From assembly GCA_036867785.1 (NCBI GenBank), contig CP145425.1, positions 620,001 to 684,000 on the forward strand: a DNA stretch of 64,000 nucleotides. The letters run 5' to 3'. A program made the translations under genes and the position numbers. Below are positions 1 to 10,490 of this stretch, piece after piece. Under the pieces are notes generated by a model, which worked only from the letters and a program-made list of their open reading frames with translations, ran no database searches and was not told the origin of the DNA. Each line of letters begins with the position of its first letter. Position 1 is the first letter of the stretch. This DNA comes from Plasmodiophora brassicae. Taxonomy: Eukaryota.

Positions 1-3000
1 TGCGCAGCCAAGGAAAGACCATCGATTTGACGCCACAGCTGATGAAATGGCGACAACGGTCGGGACGGAGATTCGTGCTGCAACGTTCCTTCTGACTGGA
101 TCTTTTTGCCCAGGCTTCCCAATGATTGGGAGGAACTGTCGACGTGGACAGATCGTGTTTCCTGGCGATTGCACGTGTTCGACCTGATCAGCCAGGTATT
201 GTCGGGACAAACGGCCTCCATTCACAGTAGTGTTAAGACGGCCCCAATGGTTAGTAGACCACACGAAATGTTTGTTTTGGCAGCAAGTAACGTTCCGTAC
301 AGGTTGAAGATCGTGTCTGGACGCTTCTGACGCTCGCTAAAATCGCAAGAAAGCAACAGCTCGGGTTACAATGTCTATCAGCGCTGGCTCAGACTGTCAC
401 AAACGGTTCGCGTCCTGGCCGCCATGCATGAGTTGATCCATGGCTGATTCGTCTTAGGCGAAGCGCCGATGGCTGCCAGCGACGCATTCACGCGGGTCCG
501 CGAACAGATTCGAATGTGCATGTGCTCTCCTGTGCAATACAAAGACGCCCTGGCGCTAATCAATTCGATCAATATCGACTACTTCACGAACGTTCAGGTA
601 TGTCTTTGTTTGGGGGTCTTTATTGACTGGTTTCTTACTGGCATTGTCGTGAAGAAAGCGGAACTGTTTCGATTGAAAGGAGACGCCCTTCAACATCTGG
701 GCCAGGGCGACGACGCAAATGCGTGCTTCTCCACTGCACTCTATGTTTGCGAGAACCATGGGAAGTCCTGGCTGTCGTGGGCGGATTTCTGCGACCGAGG
801 TATTGTACTGTGCACTACGTTCCCCTCGCCGGTGCTGACAGGACGTCAGTGTTCGCGATGAAGAAGGACCGTGAGTGGGCTACATGTGCTGTATCGTGCT
901 ATATGCATGCGATCACATACGGTGAAGCGCGCGCGCGTCTTATGATCACACGTGTTATATGGCTGCTGTCGTACGATGCCGAGGTTGCGCCTATGCCACA
1001 CCATACGTCGTCCCTCTTCTTACGTACGCCCGTTGACAGGAACGGTCAATTGCGACTGCATTTGAACGCGCTTCTGAACAAGTTCCTCTGTGGGCGTGGT
1101 TGCTATGGCTGCCGCAGCTCCTGACCTGTCTGGCGCGCCCTGAAGGGCCGTCGATGAAGTCCATCCTGCAACGGATTGCTCGTATTTATCCGCAGTCGCT
1201 TCATTACACTGTGCGCGCGTTCCTGTTCGAGAAGCGCGAAGTTCATTCCATTGCTAAGGGCGATCCTGCAGCTGGCAACCCAGCAGGAGAGCGTCCGTCT
1301 TCACTGTCGTCCCTCCATCTGGGTATGTGGAACACGGAGCGCGTGCTGGTATCGTCTGGACTTATGCCTGTGTCAGTGGAAAGCATCGTGCTGACGATGC
1401 GGGAGAACCATCCATCCCTGGTCACTGAGATTGAAAACATGCTGTCAGTGCGTTATCGGCAAAGCTTTGTAGACACTTACTCTTGGGACAGGGAGGAGAT
1501 CAACCTTCGGTTCCAGCCATTGCCGCAAGAAGAGCTGCTCGGCTCGATTCACTCCTGTTTCCTGAAGGCGTACAAACAGGTACGACTTGGTCTGCCAACT
1601 AGGTGCGCTCCACTAAGGTGCTCATGTGCAGGCCGTTCTTGTCTCGGGTATCATGGGCGCCATTCCCGAATCCGTTGTGGCTAACATCCAGAGGATCGTG
1701 CGGTCGTTCTTCAATTCGCCGAAACAGGCCACGAATCCGGTCCAGGCCGAGTTCATCCGACGATATCGATCCGTGTTCGAAACGGACTTCCTCTCGCAGC
1801 CCAGCATGACGCTGTCGAATCTTCTCCTTCGCCTGCAGAAATGGAAGGGTCACCTCGAGTACCAAGTCACACAGCGACGGCGCATGTCGCTCCGCCTGGA
1901 AACTCTGTCGCCGTATCTCGTTCGTTTCCAGACGTACGAGGTCGAGATCCCGGGGCAGTACTTCACCGATCAAGAGCCGTCGACCGACCAGGTATCGTCG
2001 GCCGCCCACCTCGTTCAGCCACCTTGCTGACGCGATCGCAGAACGTCCTCATCGTGCGGTTTGACCCTTCGGTGACCATTGTCCGCATGTCGCACAGCTA
2101 TTCGCACCGTCGTATCGGGATGCTGGGCACTGATGGCCAGACGTACTACTTCCTGGTGCAGTACTCCATTGCGCACATTACGCGCAGCGACGAGCGCATG
2201 ATGCAGCTGTACACGATCATCAATCGCCTCATGTCGCGCTATAAGGAAACCAGACGACGCCACCTGTCCGCTGTCGTGCCGCTGGTCGTCCCTCTGACGC
2301 ATCGCTTGCGCTTAATGCAAACGCAAACCGACATGGCAAGCCTGGAACAGGTAACCGCAACATGGAGGTATCTCTCCGTTGTGTTCTGTGCACCGACGCT
2401 GCTCGCTACAGATCTACGAGCAGTCATGCGTTGCCAGAGGGTTCGGCGTGGACTCCGCGCTGGAGGTTGTTCAGACGGAGGTGGCGGCCACTGGTCCAAC
2501 CCGTGCCTCCCATTTGCGGGCCTTCCACAAGATCCAAGCGACGTGCGTCCCACCGACGGCTATGTCGACGTACATGGCTACGATGGTCAGCTCCCACGAC
2601 ATGCTCTGGGCGTACCGGCGGCAGTTTGCGCAACAGATGGGCCTGTCGTGCTTCCTGGCGTACGTCCTTCGCGTCGGCGATCGATCGCTGCACAAGACGC
2701 TGCTGTCCCGGTCCACGGGCAACATCACGATGACGGAATTCTACCCATCGTACAACTCCAGCAACATCATCGAGACGAGCGACGCCGTCCCGTTCCGTCT
2801 GTCGCCGAACCTGTCCACATTCATCGGCCCGCACCTGATCTCGGGCGTCCTGTCGTCCACGCTGGTATCCGTGTCCGCGTGCCTCCTGAAGCACCAGGAC
2901 ATCCTGAAGAACTACCTGTACCTGTTCATTCGCGACGACCTCGTCTCGTGGCACTCGACGAAGAAGGTGCTGCTGGCGGATTCGGCGCAGCGCGCCCTCG

Positions 3001-3209
3001 AGTACGAGGTCCGCCTGCAGATCTCCAACAACACGCTGCAGGTGCTGCGCGGCATCCAGTCGTTCATGGCGTCGTCGAAGTCGGAGGGCGGCGCCGGCAG
3101 CGACACGTCGACGGAGCCGATCAACGCCAAGGTCCTGCACCTGATCCGGCAGGCCATGAAGGAGGAATATTTATGCGCCCAGTCGCCCACCTGGCACCCG
3201 TGGTTCTAA
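1..3209 (+). CDS. TRRAP: TRRAP/Tra1 PIKK-family pseudokinase, 3' part (FAT, kinase-like, FATC); multi-exon, 5' end outside window
   Basis: Exon peptides WLPQLLTCL, YPQSLHYTVR, VEIPGQY, GTDGQTYYFLVQ, VPFRLSPNL and terminal PTWHPWF-stop. Catalytic motifs are degenerate (DRSLHK, TEFY) as expected for TRRAP. Short GT-AG introns separate the ORF pieces; exon boundaries not fully resolved. Confidence 0.92.
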
Positions 3210-3370
3210 TAATGCTACATCTACCCATGTCTCGGCGTTCCGGTCCCGTGCAGCGCCTCGCCCTGCAGTTGGTGCGCGTCGGCGGCGGCCGTCTGCAGTC
3301 ATCCCCAGTCGTAGGAACTGCAGTGTCCGGGACGCGGGAGCTACCGGCACGGGCCTACAGACATGTGCGT

Positions 3371-4451
3371 ATGGCGGCCACTAGTGCATTCGCCGTGGCT
3401 GCCGGCATGGCGTCCATCGGCGTGCACCCGCTGGTGCTGCTGAACATCGCGGACCACAGCGCGCGGTCGGCGGTGCAGGCGGCGGCGGCCGCGCGACGGG
3501 TCGGCGTCGTGTTCGGGACGCAGGTCGGGCGCCAGGTCGAGATCTGCGCCTCCAGCGACATGGCGCTGCGCGACGACGACGACGCGGCGATCGACCACGA
3601 CGACCTCCGGGACGTCATCGAACTTCGTCAGTCTGGTGTTTGTGTCGCCGCCGTCGTGTCCAGCGCTGATGAGCAGCGGGCTCGGCAGACAAGGCCGTGT
3701 ACGCGTCGCACGAGGTGCTCGGGTGGTACACGTTCTCGTCGACGGATGCGCCGCCGGGTGACGACGCCTGGGCGATCCAGGACGAGATCACCGCGTACAA
3801 CGAGTCGCCGCTGCTGCTGCACCTGCAGACGCAGGGCGCCGATCCCGCCGGACGCCTCCTCCTGCACGTCTACACGGCCGGCACCCGCGACAAGAAGCCG
3901 ACCTTCATCACCGCGCCCTACACGATCGTCACCGACGACGTAACGTGCCCCGGCGCCGGATTGCGCCCCTCTTCTGACGTTTCCCGCAGGCGGAGCGCCT
4001 GTCGGTCGACTTCCTGGCGAACGAGCCGGGGCGCGGCGGGGCGAACGCCTGTACGCGCGCGCGCGCGATGTTCGCCGCCCATGGGTGCCAATGCTGACAC
4101 TGGTGTGCCGTTGCAGTGGCCGCCCACCTGCGGTCGTTGGCGAAGTCGGTGTCGCTGATGAGCGAACGGGCGGATGCGCTGGTGGCGTACCTGGAGAGGG
4201 CGGCGGGCGGCGGCGGCGCCGACGCCGACACCGTCCGAGCGATCCGGTCGGTCTGCGCCGCGTTGCCGGTCGTGCGCCAATCGCCCCTGTTCGACGCGGC
4301 GTTCCTGAAGGAGCTGAACGACGCGTTGCTGGTCAACGAGCTGGCAACGATAACGCAGACGTGCCTGTCCGTTCAGCAGCTGACCGACAAGTGCCGCCTG
4401 GCGTTCGACGAAGGGCACGAGCCGCGCAGCAAACGCGGCAAGTTCCTGTGA
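3371..4451 (+). CDS. CSN6: COP9 signalosome subunit 6 (MPN- domain), multi-exon
   Basis: VHPLVLLNIADH, GTQVGRQVEI, VLGWY, NESPLLL, YTIVTDD/AERLSVDFL and C-terminal NDALLVNELATIT match the CSN6 pattern; no JAMM metal motif. Confidence 0.82.
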
Positions 4452-4465
4452 TGAACGACGCAACC

Positions 4466-5739
4466 CTATCGTGTACTGTCGGTCGACCTTCTGGACGTCT
4501 GCATCACGGTCTGGCGGACGCGACGCCCGCTCAGGATGACGTACAGCATCTGCTGGACGATCTCGGCGTGCTGGAAGTGCACGTGCCAGAAGCCGGTGTG
4601 GCGCGCCACGCCCTGCACCAGGCTGCCGGCCTGCGACAGGTCGAACAGGAACGACCTGGACCCGTTCGCGTGCGTCACCGGCGTGATCTGCGCCAGCGCG
4701 CTCTTGTCGAACGCCAGCGAGATTTCCGTTGGGCGCTTCGGGTCCGCATCGGTCGACACGATGCTGCACGGGCACACACACACGAAACGGTCAGGGGCGG
4801 GCGAGCGTAGCGTGCGGGACCCCAACGCAACGTACATGGCGTGCGATTCCGTGACGGCATACGCCCAGGACAGGGCGCGGCGTCGGCCGACGATGACCAG
4901 CGCGACGCAGACCACGGCCGCGAGGCAACCGACGGCCAGGCTGACGAGTTGCGCGATGTGGACCGCCAGCCTAGCGTTCAGGACGACGGGCATGACGCCT
5001 GGGCAGCCGGGTGTCAGTTGTGCGTCGTCGTCCCCCACACAGCAGGCAGCAGCCGGACGCGCCATAGGTGGCGTACCGTCGACGTAGATGGCCAGCGACG
5101 CAGTGGCCGACACGAGGATGCAGACGAGGAGCAGGTAGTAGACGTAGCGGTGACGGTGCTGGGCGCTGTACGGCGCCTGGTCTGTGTAGGGCAGGCCGAC
5201 CCAGATGAGCGGCTCCTGCAGGGTGTCCGATGCCGCCTTCAGCATCAACGACAGGTGCCCGTTCGGCACGACCGCGTGAAGCTGGTCGAGCTCCTGTGTG
5301 CGGCACGGTCAGACGGCGACGACGACGTGGCCAGGAACATACACGACCGCACCTGGGTGCCGTTCTGCGCGTCGGCAACGGCGTCGGACGCGAGCATGGC
5401 GCGCATGCGCCCGACGAACATGTGGACGGCGATGCCGGTCGCCGCCAGGAACAGGAGGCACAGGGCGCCGATCTGCGGTACGATGGTGGACTCCAGCGCC
5501 ATCTGCAACGACGACGGGCACTGGCCGGCGTCAACGACGGTAACGGCGGCGGATCGGCCAGCGGCGACCGGGACGCATTGCCCGACGTTGCTGACGCCGG
5601 CCATGTACTGCCAGGCGCACGACGCGTGCACGCATGCCGCGCAGGACGTACGCGACGCGCACGGGTCGGCGGCGACGACGACGTCCAGCGCCAGCAGCCC
5701 GACAGCGACGACGAGCGCCGATATCGTCGTCGCCCTCAT
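4466..5739 (-). CDS. Membrane protein: signal peptide, PSI-like Cys-rich ectodomain, ~3 TM helices; 2 likely introns
   Basis: MRATTISALVVAVGLLALDVVVA, then CASRTSCAACVHASCAW...C, then hydrophobic stretches. An intron at ~5294-5352 joins ORFs 5245-5745 and 4466-5269 in frame. Confidence 0.65.
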
Positions 5740-6330
5740 CGACACAACACCGGCTCTGCGCTGCGCGTCGTCGACCTATTTCCGGACGCAATCCTGATTT
5801 AGCGCGCGCGATCGTCGTCAGGACGCCCTCCGTCGTGGACCGCGCTGGTGGCCGCTCCACGCCGCACGTCGGCCAATGACCCACCGGCGGCTGGCCTCGA
5901 CGGGCGCACGTCCGCACATTGGTACTGCGCGACCTGCGTGATGCGCAGTCGTCCGCGGCGCAGTCCGAGCTGCACGGCGAACCAGTGCGGGGGCGGCAGC
6001 TGACCACCAGCTAGCGAGGCACACGATCGACCCCCCGAGTCTGTTCGTGTATGGGGGCGACGACTTCCGGATCAGAGGCGCGCGCTCGTCTACGTGTGCC
6101 GCTGCGGCTGTCGAAAGCGACATGCTGGTGCGCCGGGGGCCTACGTACGTATCCTGCCACCGGCCGATTCGAACGTCGCGTCGCTCGCCACCGTCGCAAC
6201 TATCATCCTCCTGGCGCCGCCCAGCAAACGGGCCGTAACAGGGCATTCCCGCGGTCGCGCTCGTCAATGGCGCCGCCACATGACGCGACCAGGCCAGGGC
6301 GGACATGAAGTGTATTCGGGCAACGGTATA

Positions 6331-8305
6331 TCAGCAGTAAAGGAAGGTGATATGGTCCGGCAGTCCACCACGGGAGGTGTGCAGCGTTGTGCCGCAGATA
6401 GGGTTCCCCGTCAGGTGCCTGTACAGTCGTGTCAAATCAGATGCAGCACCAGGCGCAACTGGTACCAGTACAGCATGTCCAGGTATTTCGTGCGAGTAAA
6501 CGCGCCAGGGGCGATGCTTGCGATTCGGTTATTATTCAAGAAACTGATGAACAACAACGTCAGGGGGCGGGATGCGACTTGTCCATGTACGGGCCTCACA
6601 GTCGGTCCAGGTGTGGGAGCCCGTCGAAGGCGTCCGCGTCAATCGACTCAATCTGGTTGTCCGTCAAGTCCCTGTGCGGTGCTCCTCATTAATACTCGCA
6701 ATGCGTTGGCCGGATCCCAGCACACATACAGCATTATTAGTGAAATCAGCCCAGCAAACATGCCTGGTCCGATGGCCGCGATCTGATTTTCTTTCACAGA
6801 CCTGACGCGCATTCCCATTAGACGATGAAGCAGCTGGGGGCTACCAGGGCGTTTGGGTTGCACAGCGTTTCCAAACGTGACAGACCACGGAAAACATTCT
6901 TATCGAACGATTCAATCTGGTTCCCGTCCAGTATCCTGTGCCGAGGGGTGAGTTCATCGGAACCCATGATTGTTCGCGGTGGAAATGGTCCCCTTACAGC
7001 ATCGTCAGTGACGTCATATCACGGAAAGCGCCCCGTTTAAGTGTTGTAATCCGGTTGCTGTACAATTGTCTGGACAGTTTCCGTTAGTGGCCACGCTGGA
7101 CGACTGTCGACCTTCGTTTCTCACAGATATTGCAGTGATGGTAGCCCAGCAAACGTGTTCGCATTAATCGACGAGACTTCTGTGCCGGTGAGCTCGCTGC
7201 GCGCGCAGAGGCTATATCAACTGATGACTGGTCAAGCCTCACAAACACGGCGCCTACAGCGATTGTAACTTCTGCAACCCATGGAACGCATGGTCCTCAA
7301 TCATCCGGATAGTGTTTTGACCCAGAAGCCTGTGCAATATACAACTGGAAATGTAATTGTGGCATCACATGGGGACAGGATTACATCGACAAATGTGTCA
7401 ATTGGGGCATTCCAGAGAAAGAGCGACGCGCGATCGATTGGATGTACTGATTGCCACTGAGATCACTGACAGGAAGGGATCCGATTCAGCGGGGCCGAAC
7501 AGGGCGAACTGCCTGAAGGATAGGCCGCTTACAGTTGCTTCGTGTGGCGCCAGTTAGGTCGATGGAACCAGGCACTCCACAAGTGGCCCCAAATCTCCCT
7601 ATCGTCGCACTTGGCGACGCCGTCCTCATCTGGTGCACAACAGGAATCGAAGTACACCTTTGCCATAACGTGGTCACCGACGTATTCGAGGGCTTGCTCG
7701 TTGAAATGAGCGACGTCGCCAGTGCTGCGGAGTGGCATTCATATTCAGGAATACTGGACGGCCAAACATTTACGTCAGGGGCGAGCATACCTCTCGCCAG
7801 TCAGATACGCAACGACATCTGTGCGCGAGAAATCCTGAAGAAGTTCGAGAGCGGCGATGCTCTTCGCGGCCAGGGCGCGCGTTGTGACCGACAGCAAAGC
7901 CTCACACTTGAGCCAGTTTGCGGCACCTTGAAACATGACCAGTTCGGCGGTACTGTGAGGCTCCAAACGCAGATGGCGCGGGTCAATCAGATATTGTTTC
8001 ATCTGGACGGTTGCAACCATGAGTAATCGGTCGGACGACGGCGCCAGCCGGGCGGGACCCACCAATTCGAAACGGTTCGTGTCTATATATGGGAGTTGAA
8101 TGAGGTCGCTGCTGCCAGGCGTGCCGTCGAGCACGTACTTCAGTACACGGCAGTGCCTCGCACGATTTTCATCCATGATGCCGACGCTGTCATATCCCGC
8201 CAGCTGGAATGTGAAGTCGACAGCAGCGCTGCGCCCCGACAACGACGTGAACAGGATCAGCAGGCCGGCCAGCAGGACAGGAGCAGACGTGATCAGGAGC
8301 GGCAT
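6331..8305 (-). CDS. Secreted Skp1/POZ-like domain + leucine-rich-repeat protein, multi-exon
   Basis: N-terminal hydrophobic leader MPLLITSAPVLLAGLLILFTSLSGRSAA. Skp1-like motifs VLKYVLD..LIQLPYIDTNRFELV and FQGAANWLKCEALLSVTTRALA. Short LRR exons (ENQIAAIGPGMFAGLISLIML; NNRIASIAPGAFT). C-cap HLTGNPICG ending FLYC-TGA at 6331-6333. Confidence 0.7.
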
Positions 8306-9358
8306 CCGAGTAGCTGCAACCGGATACATATCAGACGACGAGGGCGCAAGAACGACTCCAGTAATGCGCAATGTGCCGAGCGTGGCCTGTCCGGGGCAGT
8401 GCGGCCAGTGCCCCAGGTGATGTCCGACAGGCGCCAAACTCCGCCACCGCGTGCGGAGTGCGAGGGGGTGACGTGACCTCGCCATGTCGTCACCCGACAC
8501 CCTCAGTCATGCTGGCGTTAACTGCTGATGTGCTGGTCGAATAATTTCAGGGCGGGCAGGTCGGCGACGTCTCGCTTTGCCGCATGAGCTGTTCGTGCGC
8601 GTCAAATACGTCACGGCGGCCGTCGTACGTCACGCCAAAACGTGCCCCGCGTTCGTGTAGGGCCGACCCTAGACGTCGGCGAAATCCACGCGGATGACGA
8701 GACCCGCCTATCATCGTCGTTAGTTGCGCAGGCCGACGGCCAGGGCATACCGTATCGATCGTCCCAATGTCCGGACCGCATCGCACCGTTCCTGGCCGGT
8801 TGGATGGCACGCAGGCCTGCCAGGGTCGCGGGGTCGCGAGGGCTTCGAAAGCATGAGCACGTCCAGCAGTACACCGTCCCGTTCGTGGCGATTTGACGTC
8901 CCGGTATCCAGTCCTGGCGGGCCGACGTTGCTCGTATGTCAATAGTACGTACCAGCTGCATAGTCGCCGTGGCGCCCCCGACGAATTGCCGTTGCGGGCG
9001 CTGGTCCTGCTGCAGGCGCCAGGCGTCCAGCCGCAATGACGATTGCACCAGGTGCGCTGCATGAGGTACTCCATCATCTAAGCATAGGCAGCCGCGGCCG
9101 TCGTCATTCTGGAAGCTGACCTTAGGTCACCTTTGGGCCGCCGCTGGAGATCGCGGTGTTCGACGTACGTAGTCGAATCACGAAGAGCGCGTCAGTGCCG
9201 ACATTGAATGTTCACTGAGGTCAGGCTAACTGGAGACCAAGTGCAACAGATTCAGATTTGGTTGTTAAACGTCTGTCGTCGTTTGAACGCCGTCTGCTCC
9301 CGAAATTAAAGCGCTCATGTGCGTGCAGCGTTCCACAATTGATGACGTCGAAAATTCT

Positions 9359-9878
9359 TTAGTATAGTTTAGTTTAGTTTAGTTTATTTGTGTTTCGCGC
9401 TTTTCAAGCAGGCGCCTCGGTCTCGGGTCCGAGGACCGTAGGATCGGCTTCCAGAACGTCAGCTTCTCCCGGCCTGGCAGTGCCGGCCTGTCACCTTTGT
9501 GCTGGGATCTCGCAGGGCCCCCTGTGGGAGGTGGTCACCTATTTTACAGGCGCCCTTTGCCTTCCAACCTGCTCAAGTGGTCCCCTAAGAAAGCTCCAAG
9601 ACGGCACTTACCGGCCGGCTGTCGGGTACCCATAACATTTAGGCCCTGTGGCCTTGGCGGGGCAGTGAAAACTGCACCGCGGGATTTCGTTGGTCGCATA
9701 GCAGAACGGATTTGTTCTTCGTTCTTGGTTGTGTCGGTGGTCTTGGCGTGTTGTTAAATGTATAGCCACTTTTTGGCCTTTGCAGAGCTGAGAATATTCG
9801 TCATCTCGTCTTCATATTTCCACAGAGCTTCTGTGAAGGAGTTTTTCCATAATCGTGCGTACACGTCCCGTTCTTGTT
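9359..9878 (-). mobile_element. LINE 3' end (5'-truncated): ORF C-terminus, 3' UTR and (TAAAC)n tail
   Basis: Peptide QERDVYARLWKNSFTEALWKYEDEMTNIL is shared with 53716-54171. The UTR and tail are the reverse complement of 54172-54288 + 59622-59988. Confidence 0.85.
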
Positions 9879-10129
9879 CATTCTGCAAAATGCCGTGACG
9901 GAGATGAAGCTTGCAAAGGTAAGAGGACGGGATGGGAGGGCGCAGCGTGCATGCTCGTATGAGCACCGCTGTCGCGGCGGCGCTAGAACGCCGCCTGGCT
10001 CGGAAGGCCACCCCCACCAATGTCGCCCCGCGGGTGACATTGGCTGCGAGAAGAGCATGAAACACTGCTCGACAACAACGCACCCTCCAACTCACGGCCT
10101 GACCACAGCCGTTCGGGGCTTGCCCCTAC

Positions 10130-10252
10130 CAACAAACCCACCGCCACAAAACCCACCGCCACGAATCCCACTACCACAGAACACACCGGCACAAAACACA
10201 CTGCCACATAACACACCGCCACAAAACACACTGCCACATAACACACCGCTAT
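10130..10252 (+). repeat. 15-bp tandem repeat (ACACCGCCACAAAAC-like, encoding PPQNT-like units) in an A/C-rich, probably LINE-derived segment (9880-10490, continuing 16694-16944)
   Basis: About 8 degenerate units read directly. Composition resembles the LINE at 28.3-30.5 kb; the LINE assignment is tentative. Confidence 0.6.
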
Positions 10253-10490
10253 ACAGCGCGTCTCCTTTAAACGTGCGTCACCGAAACATGCAGGGCGCAT
10301 ACTCACTACAAGAGCGACAACTATCGAGGGGCCAGACCACTTCGTCACCTAAGTGCCTGAAGAATAAGCATACAACAAACAAGAGAACCCGCGTAGATGA
10401 TAGACCCGTCGAGCACCTGAGTGGACGCTTGACGTGGATGAAACGAACATCGGGCGGAGCGCAATTAGGCCCCCTAAATTTGACTACTAC

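Noticed and set aside
1841-5802. Long overlapping ORFs such as 1841-3943 and 4841-5797
   Set aside because: GC-rich shadow frames or read-through across introns and genes; the real exons are assigned to TRRAP, CSN6 and the membrane protein.
3371-8305. Functional cluster of CSN6 with the Skp1-like gene
   Set aside because: Proximity alone in a eukaryote is not evidence of a shared pathway.
8547-9077. Possible host gene (176-aa ORF)
   Set aside because: No recognisable motif or reliable exon structure.
9359-9390. Telomeric repeat (TTTAG)n
   Set aside because: Short, internal and attached to the LINE 3' UTR at both occurrences; it is the LINE tail.
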